Below are positions 28,872 through 38,573 of a DNA stretch of 64,000 bases, in pieces (the first letter of the stretch is position 1; every line of letters starts with the position of its first letter). The stretch comes from Promethearchaeota archaeon (GTDB lineage Archaea > Asgardarchaeota > Lokiarchaeia > Sigyniarchaeales > SOKP01): positions 32,001 through 96,000 of the forward strand of contig JAFGGO010000158.1 in assembly GCA_016930515.1 (NCBI GenBank), given 5' to 3'. Position numbers and translations under genes: made by a program. The notes beneath the pieces were generated by a model that was not told the origin of the DNA, did not search any database, and worked only from the letters and a program-made list of their open reading frames with translations.

Positions 28872-29636
28872 TTAAATATTGGTTGCTGCTTTTATGATTT
28901 CGTGGAAGGAATCTGCTTGAAGTGATGCGCCTCCTACCAAGGCTCCGTCAATGTTCGCTTGTTTAAATAATTCCAAAGCGTTCGATGGATTTACCGAACC
29001 ACCGTATTGAATTCTCACGGTGTCAGCAACTTCGTTGTTATAAATCCCGGCTATAGTATCTCTTATAAAAGCGTGAATCTCTTCTGCCTGTTCTGGTGTT
29101 GCCGTCTTACCCGTCCCAATAGCCCATATGGGCTCGTAAGCAATGACGGTTTTGACCATTTCTTCGGGGGATAGGCCTTGAAAAGAACCCATAATTTGCT
29201 TTTCAACGATTTCCTTGGTTTTACCCTCTTCCCGTTCTTCTAGATGTTCACCAATGCATGCTATGGGGTTTAAACCCGTTGAAAGCGCTTTTTTCAATTT
29301 TTTATTAACTAAATCGTCGTTTTCCTTGAAAATATCTCTTCTTTCGCTATGACCGAGAATCACGTATTCGCAACCCAAAGCTTTCAGGAATCCAGGTGCT
29401 ACTTCGCCCGTGAAGGCGCCTTTATCCTCGTAATACATGTTCTGGGCACCAATTTTTATAGAGGTGCCTTTTGTTACTTCGCACGCTTTATGGACGCTCG
29501 TATACGGGGGCGCAACCACGATGTCAATGTTATTGTAATCGTTTACGAGAGGGATAAGCTTGACAAGCATCTCCTCCGCTTCTATGGGTAATCCCCTGTT
29601 CATCTTCCAATTTCCTCCAATTATTGGCTTTCTCAA
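28872..29636 (-). CDS. tpiA: Triosephosphate isomerase (bacterial/eukaryotic type)
   Basis: GGNWKMN, GHSERR, AYEPIWAIGTGK, YGGSV, LVGGASL. Confidence 0.97.
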   Translation of the reverse strand: MRKPIIGGNWKMNRGLPIEAEEMLVKLIPLVNDYNNIDIVVAPPYTSVHKACEVTKGTSIKIGAQNMYYEDKGAFTGEVAPGFLKALGCEYVILGHSERRDIFKENDDLVNKKLKKALSTGLNPIACIGEHLEEREEGKTKEIVEKQIMGSFQGLSPEEMVKTVIAYEPIWAIGTGKTATPEQAEEIHAFIRDTIAGIYNNEVADTVRIQYGGSVNPSNALELFKQANIDGALVGGASLQADSFHEIIKAATNI

Positions 29637-29738
29637 CTTTTTTTACAACTCCTCTGACTCAATTATTGGTGACCGATGAAATCTTATAATGAATCTACGA
29701 TAATTTAAAGAAATGAGGAAAATACGCAATTTAAAGGA

Positions 29739-30242
29739 TTAGTCCTTCTTGGGTAATTTTTCAGGTAATTTTGTGGCTTCCAATATCTTCTTTATTTCCT
29801 CTAAATCGGGAGCCAAGATGCTCGGCAAGCCTAATTGCTGCCTTCTTTTTTCAATAGCGGGTTGCATGGGTATTGCCTTGCCGTTTTCTAAAATCGTAGC
29901 GGCTTGCGTCGTGTAATAATCGGGAGCTTCCCCTCTCTCAACGCTCATGTTCTTGAGAATGGTGAATATTTCCGTGAGCTCTACTTTCTGAGGGCACACC
30001 TCGTCGCATGTGTCGCACACCGTACAACCCCAAATGTTAAATGTATTTTCTGCACCAAAAATTTTCTCCTTAAGACCTAAAAGAGAATCCAAGATCAATC
30101 TCCGAGGATTGTACTTTCCTCCCGTAACCTGAGCCACGGGGCACGCACCGGAGCATGTCGCACATTGATAACAATAAGCTAGCGTGTTGCCAATGTCGTT
30201 TCCAAGAATTTGATTTCTGAACTTGAAATCTATCGTAGCCAT
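29739..30242 (-). CDS. hdrC: Heterodisulfide reductase subunit C-like 2[4Fe-4S] protein
   Basis: CYQCATCSGACP, YNPRRLI, WGCTVCDTCDEVCPQ. Confidence 0.85.
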   Translation of the reverse strand: MATIDFKFRNQILGNDIGNTLAYCYQCATCSGACPVAQVTGGKYNPRRLILDSLLGLKEKIFGAENTFNIWGCTVCDTCDEVCPQKVELTEIFTILKNMSVERGEAPDYYTTQAATILENGKAIPMQPAIEKRRQQLGLPSILAPDLEEIKKILEATKLPEKLPKKD

Positions 30243-30501
30243 TTTTTCGTCACCATTAAATGCTTCTTAAGTAATTAATATCCTTAGTATAATTTAAGAA
30301 TTTTTAACTATTAAGGTTTTGATAAGTTTTATTCTAAAATTTTGACAAGAATCATTGTTAAAATTTATGGTCCAAAACACGAGAAAATAAATAAATTGTC
30401 ATGTTCGGATAAAATAACAAAACATTTATTTTTTCCATGTTTTATAAAAATAGATCAAACCCATAAAGAAAAATATAACCTACTTGAGATGAAAAAAATC
30501 G

Positions 30502-30846
30502 TTGCATGTTGAAGATTTAAAAAAAGTTGGAATTGATGGGCCTACGGAAGGGAAACTTATTATCGATGTTTATACCACGTGGTGCGGACCGTGTAAGGCC
30601 GTTGCACCAATTCTTCATAAACTCCAAGGCGAAGGGCTTTTTAAACTCGTTCAGGTGGATCTCGATCAGAATCGACCCTTGGGTGAGATCTTCGGAATCA
30701 CGGCAATACCCACGCTTCTATTTTTCAAGGACGGTCAATTATTAGAAAAAACCATAGAAGTTAATGGCCAAGTTTTAGTCAAGAGAGGAATGATGGTAGG
30801 GGCCGCAGGAGAGAGCATTCTCAGAGCCATTGTCGATCAGATGTAG
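30502..30846 (+). CDS. trxA: Thioredoxin
   Basis: WCGPC active site and cis-Pro loop AIPTLLFFKDG. Confidence 0.92.
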   Translation: MHVEDLKKVGIDGPTEGKLIIDVYTTWCGPCKAVAPILHKLQGEGLFKLVQVDLDQNRPLGEIFGITAIPTLLFFKDGQLLEKTIEVNGQVLVKRGMMVGAAGESILRAIVDQM

Positions 30847-31122
30847 TAATTTCGGTAAAATAAATAACAATTTCTTTCTTATCCAAACGACCCTTCCGTT
30901 TCTTTTTTTACTCTTCTCTATTAGTGATGGATTTATCGATTACATTACATGCTGATTTTTTAAATGTCACACTATTCCTCTTGTGGAATCTCCTTTATGT
31001 GTGACTTAATGGGGTTTTTTAGAATTTTATTCAAAAGAATTTCGAATTAATTAAAAAATTGCAAATTTTAATACAAATCGTTGTTTTTCAATTATATCAA
31101 AGAGTTATTTAAATTAGTTGTT

Positions 31123-31139
31123 CGTGAAATAATATCACG
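31123..31139. promoter_or_regulatory. Candidate operator: inverted repeat CGTGA-N7-TCACG
   Basis: CGTGAAATAATATCACG lies between a TATA-like TTATTTAAA (~31105) and the 31145 start. Confidence 0.35.
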
Positions 31140-31144
31140 TGTAG

Positions 31145-31678
31145 ATGATAATGATGAATAAATCAAGTAACATGACTCGTGAAGAATTGGTAAATTTCGA
31201 AGCTGCAATGAATCAAAGCCGTAACATGATTTATCATTTAATTCGCTTCATGAAAAAAAATAAGACGGTAGATGTAAGGGAAAGGCTGCGAGGAATGGGT
31301 AAAAATATCGCCAGAACATTTTACAATTATTGGAAACCAATCGATGATGTAAATACTTTTAACCTCAAGGATGTTTTGACGACGATATATAAAAAAGTCT
31401 TGGGTAGCTCGATCGTCATTGATATTGATGAAGTTAAAAAAACTATTAAAATAAAAGATTCAAAATGCGCTTTATGTAAATATCATTACGAAGATATAGG
31501 CAATATTGCTGGATGCGAAGTATTGTTAGGCATGTCGTCTGAATTTATCAAGTTAATTAACGAAAATTCAAAAAATCGATCCAAATTGACTTTAATTCCC
31601 ATCGAAGTGAGTGAATCGTTGTCGTATGGCGATGACGCTTGCGTGCAACTTTTTAACTACAAGGAGGGAGGAAAATAA
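31145..31678 (+). CDS. V4R / TRAPP Bet3-like fold protein
   Basis: RLRGMGKNIA helix, CALC...C..LLG...VSESLSYGDDAC V4R-like pattern. Confidence 0.6.
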   Translation: MIMMNKSSNMTREELVNFEAAMNQSRNMIYHLIRFMKKNKTVDVRERLRGMGKNIARTFYNYWKPIDDVNTFNLKDVLTTIYKKVLGSSIVIDIDEVKKTIKIKDSKCALCKYHYEDIGNIAGCEVLLGMSSEFIKLINENSKNRSKLTLIPIEVSESLSYGDDACVQLFNYKEGGK

Positions 31679-31679
31679 A

Positions 31680-33152
31680 ATGGTATCTGCGTTTCAATGG
31701 ATCATGAAAAAAGTCACGAAAGTTTTTTCTCGTACTACAAATTCCCTATTTTATACGCTTTTATATAGGGAAATATTAAAGGAAGTTCAAGAAATAACGA
31801 AAAACGAAGAAGATAGCGTTGTTATTTTCCGGGAATTTGGAAAACGATCTGCTTATGAATCTTGTGAGCGACATTCAAGCATTTTTAAATTCATGCCAGG
31901 AGATCCTAAAAAGGTATTGGATTACTTTTCAATCCTGTGGTCAATCGTATTTGGGATGGAAATTGGCGAATTTTCCTACGAAACCATCCCAAAGAAAGGT
32001 AAATATAACGATTATGTCTTAACTGTAAATAGTAACCCGATTTGTGCTGGATACGGGAACGATCCCGAAGATACCTTTAATTTCAAGAAATTAGGCTCCG
32101 AATCTGAAGGATGTTCTGCAGGTTTGTCAGGGATGCTTGAAAGCGTGGCAAATTTCATTTTGAAAACGAAAAATGTTGAATATAGGATTTCGATTACTGA
32201 AAAAGAATGCATCGCAAAAGGTCAAGGAGCCTTAAAGCTCAATTGCTTCATATATGACTACGCAGAATGGCAAAAATTAAACGCATCAACGATTAGCGAT
32301 CAAATATCGTCTAAAGTAAAACTCGAAGAACCTAAGGATGAACCTGAATTTGTACAGCAAACAAAACTGGATTTCGTTGATAAGCTCCAAGACTCTTTAT
32401 CTTTAGATAAAATTGAGGAAATTCTCAATGAACCTTTAGAAAGAATAAAAGAAAAGATTTCGGAAATCATAAGAGACAAGTTGAACATGGACCCCGAGAA
32501 TTTTTTCGATTACTTCAGGAACTACGAGGATGACATGCTAAGAATTATTGGATTCCTAATCGTCCATGTTTTAAATGAGTTTGGTGGAATTGTCGAAAAA
32601 ATTCTAAAAAATGATACTTTCGCAAAGGTCGTAGGTTACTTATTTAATCACTTTAAAGAAATGACTTTCCTGTTCATACCTTTAGATGTTGCTAACGATT
32701 ATCACCAGTTGCTAATTGATTTCCTCGATGGAATGGCCCCTCCCGAGATGGTGGACAATGTAAGAAAATACGCTGGGAAGGACGATATTAATTTCCTCTT
32801 TGAAGGCGCTCAAACGGCCCTAGAAAACCTAGGAGTTAATTTTTCTGAATTAAGAGAAAATATCTGGGAAGAATTGAAAAAGGATGAAAGTAGTGGCTTG
32901 ATGCCATCGGAAAAATTCGAGGTAGAAAACTCAAAAGATAAATTTCCAAAAATAATTAAAATAATTCAGGAAATGTTAATGCTTATTAGCGAAATACTCA
33001 CATTACCAATTAGAATGCTGGTCTCTGAGGGACATCACGGTGTAAAAACTGCCATTAATTCAGTTGTTTCAGAAGAAGAGGGCGGTTTATTTGAAAGGGT
33101 GAAAGATAGATTAGATGTAATTTTTGACGCCTTTCAAGAATTAAGGCAATAA
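31680..33152 (+). CDS. V4R / Bet3-like domain protein with long helical C-terminal region
   Basis: FREFGKRSA, ILWSIVFG, NPICAG, CSAGLSGMLE, EKECIAKG; GGAGGGAGG SD before ATG 31680. Confidence 0.55.
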   Translation: MVSAFQWIMKKVTKVFSRTTNSLFYTLLYREILKEVQEITKNEEDSVVIFREFGKRSAYESCERHSSIFKFMPGDPKKVLDYFSILWSIVFGMEIGEFSYETIPKKGKYNDYVLTVNSNPICAGYGNDPEDTFNFKKLGSESEGCSAGLSGMLESVANFILKTKNVEYRISITEKECIAKGQGALKLNCFIYDYAEWQKLNASTISDQISSKVKLEEPKDEPEFVQQTKLDFVDKLQDSLSLDKIEEILNEPLERIKEKISEIIRDKLNMDPENFFDYFRNYEDDMLRIIGFLIVHVLNEFGGIVEKILKNDTFAKVVGYLFNHFKEMTFLFIPLDVANDYHQLLIDFLDGMAPPEMVDNVRKYAGKDDINFLFEGAQTALENLGVNFSELRENIWEELKKDESSGLMPSEKFEVENSKDKFPKIIKIIQEMLMLISEILTLPIRMLVSEGHHGVKTAINSVVSEEEGGLFERVKDRLDVIFDAFQELRQ

Positions 33153-33279
33153 ATTGCCAATCCTTTATTTTATTAATTTTTTTTGTTTTAGTATTAGTTC
33201 TTAATTTCTCTGCTTTTAAATAGGTGAGTGTAAATACTATTTCAGATTATTTTGAAAAAAGGAAATAAAGGATATAAAC

Positions 33280-36012
33280 TTGAAAAATTTAAAAAGAACA
33301 ACGATTCGAAATTTCTTAGCTCCAGTATTTCTATCCATCGTTATCATGTCAATATTGACTATTCCGCTTACGAATGCGATTGCTCCATTGGGGGAAATCT
33401 TATTACCTGGTAATGGTTTGTGGAGAGTCCCAGGAGAAATACAAGAAAAGGAGTTTATCTGCGAAGCAACTCTGAACAATACGATAACAATATATAGAGA
33501 TGAGTGGGGTATTCCGCACGTGTATGCAAGTACTGAGAAAGACGCATCCTTCGCTTTTGGATACCTCCATGCCCAAGATAGGATGTTTCAGATGGATCTC
33601 ATGAGGAGATTGGTTCGTGGAACGCTTTCTGAAATTATTGGAGAAGACGCTTTAGAACTCGATAAATTTAACTTGGCTACGGGTAAACTTTTTTGGGCGC
33701 AAAAAACGGTTGAAAATATGATAGAAAAGGCAGATAACGGAGAAATAAATTATTTAGAATCGTTAATTCGTTATTGCGATGGAGTAAATTATTTCATTAA
33801 AACTCACCTAGATGAATTACCAATAGAATATGCTATATTGGGTTTCAAACCAACTCGTTGGACCTTGCTTGATATTGCTTGCTTGGTTAAATACATGGCT
33901 GAGATGCTTACTTGGAGTTATACAGATCTTTATGAGACGATTGCGTGCTATAATCTTGGGTCATCCAACTTTCTGGAATTGTTTAGGTCAACATATGGAC
34001 AAATTCCAGTCTGTCCAAATTATGGGTCCTTCAATTTATCTTTTCACCTCCCTTTTGAACAGGGTGCGCAAATCGCAACCAAATCGATAATCGACACGAT
34101 AACTTATTTTTTATCGGATGTTAAAAAAGTCGAATCCCAGAATCTAATAGCTTCCGTTAAAAATCAAGAAGTTATAGGATCGAATAACTGGGTAGTGGAT
34201 GGTTCCAAAACGAGAAGTGGAAGACCAATTCTCTGTAACGATATGCATTTGGCGTGGACGCTCCCCGGTATTTGGTACGAGGGACATGTAGTAATTACTA
34301 GTAAAAGCCTCAATCTTTATGGATTCACCTTGCCTGGTGCTCCAATGGTCATAGTTGGACACAACGAACGAATTGCGTGGGGTTTTACTAACACTGCTTA
34401 CGATGTAATGGATTGGTATTACTATGAAAAAATAGACGAAGATCAATATGTTTATAACAATTCAATTGAGCAATTTAAAATCCGTCCGTACTCCATAGCA
34501 GTTAAGAATGAAGAACCAGTGGCTTTCGAAGTAAAAGAAACCGTTCATGGTCCTGTTTTAAACGAATTTCTCGGAATTCAGGAAATTCCAACTAATTTAA
34601 ACAATGCAAACATCATTTTAGCAACTAAATGGATAGCGCACGATGTATCAACCTTGATTCAAGCAATCTATGGATTTAATCACGCTAAAAATAGGGACGA
34701 TTTTAACCAGGCTTCCAAATATTTCGATTGTCCTGCCCAAAACATCGTCTATGCCGACATAAATGGAAACATCGCAATGAGACCTACGGGAAAAATACCC
34801 ATAAGAGATGGAAACGGCACTTTTATTTACAACGGTTCCGCAGGGGAGGGTGAATGGATGGGTTTTATAGATTTTGAAGATTTGCCTCAAACAGAAAATC
34901 CAGCTCAAGGTTATTTGGTATCTGCAAACCAGATCGTTGCTGGGCCCGAGTATTCGAGATATTTATTGCAAAATGACTATTCAACAGGGTATCGATCAAG
35001 ACGAATAAACGAACTAATTAACGCCACGGACGATATTACATTGGAAAAAATGAAGGAGATCCAACTTGATGTAAAATCAACTCCAGCAAGAGCCCTCATA
35101 CCATTTCTAATCGATTTAATCGAAAATATCCCCTCTTCGCACCAAACGGATGTGATATTAGACATTTATTCCCTTCTTATTCAATGGAACTACGATATGG
35201 ATAAGGATTTATCTCAACCTTCCATCTATCGCGTCTGGAGAGAATTTTATTATTCTTATACCTTCGACGACGAATTTGACGCTTTTAATTCTGAAATTAA
35301 GCCTCGTTTGGATGTTTTAGAAAGATTAACGAGAGAAAATGACTCTTCAATCTGGTTTGACGATAGTACAACTAGCGATAGAAAAGAAAATCGTTCGGAT
35401 ATTATTTATAAGGCACTCAACGCGAGCATTAATTTTTTAATAAAATACTACGGAACAAAGGATGTTGCAGCCTGGAAATATGGATTATTGCATCGCCTCG
35501 AGTTTCTTCATATTGCACCGGGTTTAGACGCTCTAGGAAAAGGTCCTTTCGAAGGCGATGGAGAACAATACACGGTGAATCCCTCTTATATTTCAATAAA
35601 TTCCCTTGGATTGGTCTCAACGGCGCGATTTGGAGCATCTGAAAGAATGATTGTGGATTTGAACGATTTAGAGAATTCTATTAGCGTGATACCTTCGGGT
35701 CAAAGAGGAATTGTCAGCTCAAGACATTATTCCGATCAATTGATTGATCTGTTTTTGCATGGTAATTATCACCGACAATATTTTTACACTCAACCTGATG
35801 CATTTCCAAGTAACTTGATTGAATCTGGAATTATCTTTATGGCCACTTCCGAAACTTCAGGCATATTATTTGTTCAATCATTCATTATTTGCTCATTTTG
35901 TGGAATCTGTGTTGCAATTTTTGGGTGGAAAATAAAAAAAAACAGATCATTAATTCGGTTTAAAAAAAAATTTGAAAAAAAGAGTGATTGTGTTGAAAAA
36001 CAGAACTCATAG
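33280..36012 (+). CDS. Penicillin acylase family Ntn-hydrolase, membrane anchored
   Basis: RDEWGIPHVYA, AQDRMFQMD, GSNNW (Ser nucleophile), NDMHL, SANQ; N- and C-terminal TMs. Confidence 0.93.
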   Translation: MKNLKRTTIRNFLAPVFLSIVIMSILTIPLTNAIAPLGEILLPGNGLWRVPGEIQEKEFICEATLNNTITIYRDEWGIPHVYASTEKDASFAFGYLHAQDRMFQMDLMRRLVRGTLSEIIGEDALELDKFNLATGKLFWAQKTVENMIEKADNGEINYLESLIRYCDGVNYFIKTHLDELPIEYAILGFKPTRWTLLDIACLVKYMAEMLTWSYTDLYETIACYNLGSSNFLELFRSTYGQIPVCPNYGSFNLSFHLPFEQGAQIATKSIIDTITYFLSDVKKVESQNLIASVKNQEVIGSNNWVVDGSKTRSGRPILCNDMHLAWTLPGIWYEGHVVITSKSLNLYGFTLPGAPMVIVGHNERIAWGFTNTAYDVMDWYYYEKIDEDQYVYNNSIEQFKIRPYSIAVKNEEPVAFEVKETVHGPVLNEFLGIQEIPTNLNNANIILATKWIAHDVSTLIQAIYGFNHAKNRDDFNQASKYFDCPAQNIVYADINGNIAMRPTGKIPIRDGNGTFIYNGSAGEGEWMGFIDFEDLPQTENPAQGYLVSANQIVAGPEYSRYLLQNDYSTGYRSRRINELINATDDITLEKMKEIQLDVKSTPARALIPFLIDLIENIPSSHQTDVILDIYSLLIQWNYDMDKDLSQPSIYRVWREFYYSYTFDDEFDAFNSEIKPRLDVLERLTRENDSSIWFDDSTTSDRKENRSDIIYKALNASINFLIKYYGTKDVAAWKYGLLHRLEFLHIAPGLDALGKGPFEGDGEQYTVNPSYISINSLGLVSTARFGASERMIVDLNDLENSISVIPSGQRGIVSSRHYSDQLIDLFLHGNYHRQYFYTQPDAFPSNLIESGIIFMATSETSGILFVQSFIICSFCGICVAIFGWKIKKNRSLIRFKKKFEKKSDCVEKQNS

Positions 36013-36433
36013 CAAAATTTTAAGCGAAGAAAAAGTAATCGAGAAAAGATTATTTATAATTTCTATCGTCATTTCAATTTTGTTACAAATTTTAGGCTTA
36101 TTTATCTATATTTGGCAATATAGTATTCTTCCCGGAATTATTGCGGGATTAATCAATAAAAAAGCGAGCCGAAGTATCATTGCAAGCGCAATTGGTGTTT
36201 TAAGCGTTTGGATTCCTTACATGTTATTTGCTTTTACGAGCAAAAACACATTTTTAACTCTGGATTATTTTGCGACTTTAATTTTTGGAGAGTTGGGGTA
36301 TGGCCCCGTGCTTTTAATTGTTATTCTCTGCTTAGGAACAATACTTGGTGCCCTTGGGGGGGCTATAGGATATGGAACACACAATCTTTTATGTTTAAAA
36401 CAATCTAATGAATCAAAAATCCAAATCCAATAA
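35990..36433 (+). CDS. Small four-TM membrane protein
   Basis: Hydrophobic helices, Gly-rich LGALGGAIG; overlaps the acylase stop. Confidence 0.65.
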   Translation: MLKNRTHSKILSEEKVIEKRLFIISIVISILLQILGLFIYIWQYSILPGIIAGLINKKASRSIIASAIGVLSVWIPYMLFAFTSKNTFLTLDYFATLIFGELGYGPVLLIVILCLGTILGALGGAIGYGTHNLLCLKQSNESKIQIQ

Positions 36434-36549
36434 ATTAAAGCTGATTTTAAATCTTTTAGAAGAATAAATTGCAAGTTAATTGAAAAAATAGGTCACGATT
36501 CTGGAATGGAATAAAGGAGACAATTTGAGACAATATATGTCTTGGAAAT

Positions 36550-37929
36550 TTATTTCCAACTTTTTGCGTATTCTTTAAGAAATATCTTATAAAACCATTC
36601 TATTACATATTGGAAAAAAAAGCGCTCCCGAAGAACGTCATAGTGCGATTTTTCCCGAAGAGAAGTAAATTTTGCAATTTCTTCAGAAGTGAGTTTCTCT
36701 TGTTCAACCAATTTCATTCTTGCTTTAAATTGGTCTTCCATGCGAATCTCTCTAAAAATTAGATCTAGAGCTTTCGAAATTTTTTCCGTTAAATTGAGAA
36801 TGTTATCTTCAGTAAGTATTGTTGATTGAATGGATTCTTTTAAAAATATGGATATTCTTGTTAAAATTTGGTTCTTTCTGTATATGTTAATAACTTCGTC
36901 TTGTTTGATTTTTTTTTTCAAGTAGATTATTATTTTTTTTCTCGTTTCTTTGTTAATGTGATACTCAGTTAATTGCCTGTCAAGCCTTTTTAAAAACTGT
37001 TGCTTGAAAAATTGTTTTTGTTTTACAATGATAGCTTGATTTTCTGTTCGATCGCTACAGATCTCTATAACCTCTCCCTTAGGAGTTGAATATAAGAAAC
37101 CGTGTCCTTGGGGACCGATTCCCTTGAATAAAACCATTGCGAGGCTGTAAAAATTGTAAATTCTTTTATCGAGTATCTTCTTGCGATTTCTTGAGATATT
37201 GGTGGGAGAAACTAAAATGGTTTTTTCATTAAATACATATTTTAAAAAGAGTTCAGAATTAGTTGATGTTTTTGAATTTGTGAAGCCTTGCTTCGCTTCT
37301 TCGTCAAAAGCGTTTAAAAAATGAGAAATAGGTCCCAAGTTCAAAACGCTCAAGCCATATGTAGAATAATGGTTAAAATACATTCGAATAAGATTCGCGC
37401 TGTCTAATTGGTTATATCGTAATAAATCAAACCCGACATATGGCATTTCTTGAAAATACTCGTAAATTTCTTTAGGCATTTCAAATCTTATATAATATAA
37501 GAACGATGTGGAATACCCACCAAAGAGATCTTCCAAATTTTTAAGTAATAGGCGATCTTGTTTGATTTCTTCGATCAATTCCAAAGACTTAAGCGGAATT
37601 TCTTCCATTTCAAAAAGATTATATCGAAAACAAAACCTCAAGAGGTTGATTATTTCACCTAAAAAGGTTTGATATTGATCGGTCATTGATGTTCTAAGCA
37701 GTTTTTTATGGAGTATTGAAATAATTTCAAGTCTTTTTGGAATGCGTTTAAGATCAAGGTGAATGTTAAAGGGTATTGATTTTTCTATCAAGGTTTTAAA
37801 ACACTCAAGTTCTCCCTTTTCAAATAAGATCGATAGTTGTTGATGGAAATAATCTTCGAGTTCTTCTTGACTTTCTCCGATGTTGTTTTTTGACTTGATG
37901 ATGTTGATAATATTATCCAAAGAAGTCAT
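36550..37929 (-). CDS. Hypothetical protein
   Basis: 459-aa ORF; motif-like core GIGPQGHGFLYSTPKGEVIEICSD; no family recognised. Confidence 0.7.
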   Translation of the reverse strand: MTSLDNIINIIKSKNNIGESQEELEDYFHQQLSILFEKGELECFKTLIEKSIPFNIHLDLKRIPKRLEIISILHKKLLRTSMTDQYQTFLGEIINLLRFCFRYNLFEMEEIPLKSLELIEEIKQDRLLLKNLEDLFGGYSTSFLYYIRFEMPKEIYEYFQEMPYVGFDLLRYNQLDSANLIRMYFNHYSTYGLSVLNLGPISHFLNAFDEEAKQGFTNSKTSTNSELFLKYVFNEKTILVSPTNISRNRKKILDKRIYNFYSLAMVLFKGIGPQGHGFLYSTPKGEVIEICSDRTENQAIIVKQKQFFKQQFLKRLDRQLTEYHINKETRKKIIIYLKKKIKQDEVINIYRKNQILTRISIFLKESIQSTILTEDNILNLTEKISKALDLIFREIRMEDQFKARMKLVEQEKLTSEEIAKFTSLREKSHYDVLRERFFFQYVIEWFYKIFLKEYAKSWK

Positions 37930-37998
37930 TTACAAGTAAGCACGATGATTTTCAATATAAATCATTATTAAAATCACATGTATGATAAAAAACTTGTT

Positions 37999-38370
37999 CT
38001 AATCTAATAGTTCTGCTATTTTTTTACTCACGCTCTTGATATTAAGAAATACCATTCCCAAACTTGCCCCTGGTTTCGTTAGCGTGCATAAAATGGCGTT
38101 GTTTCCCGCTTTTGAAAGGATGATGTTTCCGTCTTCTCCTTCAATGAGAATCCTAGTTAATGTACCCCTCGATAGCTCTTCCACGGCTCGTTCAGAGACG
38201 CTTTGGATTGCAGCTGACATTGCGCTCACGATCCCATCGTTAACATTTCTCGCTAGCGCAGAACAAATGGGAAGTCCTTGGACGCTTACGATGGAACTTC
38301 CTTGAACGTCTGAATTTACGCTTTCAAGCTTGCGTAAGAGTTCAGTCAATTGATCAATATTTTCGGACAG
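37999..38370 (-). CDS. Roadblock/LC7 (MglB-like) domain protein
   Basis: IVSVQGLPICS, VSAMSAAI, ILIEGEDG, LGMVF. GGAGG SD precedes an in-frame CTG at 38370. Confidence 0.9.
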   Translation of the reverse strand: MSENIDQLTELLRKLESVNSDVQGSSIVSVQGLPICSALARNVNDGIVSAMSAAIQSVSERAVEELSRGTLTRILIEGEDGNIILSKAGNNAILCTLTKPGASLGMVFLNIKSVSKKIAELLD

Positions 38371-38573
38371 TAATATTCTCCTCCAATCGGTTGTACAGTA
38401 TCGAGAGCGTGGATCGTTTCTATCTTCTTAGAATACTAGTAAGTAATTTATAACTTAATAATAGTTATGATATTAATATTTTATTCTTAATATAATTTAA
38501 TATTAACATGTGTGACTAATAATAATTTATTAAATTAATAAATTAAAAATATTTTTATCTACTTTATAATCTA

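Noticed and set aside
30489-30512. ATG AAA AAA ATC GTT GCA TGT TGA upstream of thioredoxin as a selenocysteine or frameshift signal
   Set aside because: It is out of frame with the thioredoxin, which is complete from TTG 30502 with a normal WCGPC; no SECIS-like element recognised.
31611-31679. GTG start at 31611 for the second V4R-like gene
   Set aside because: It overlaps the upstream gene, and a strong GGAGGGAGG SD supports ATG 31680.
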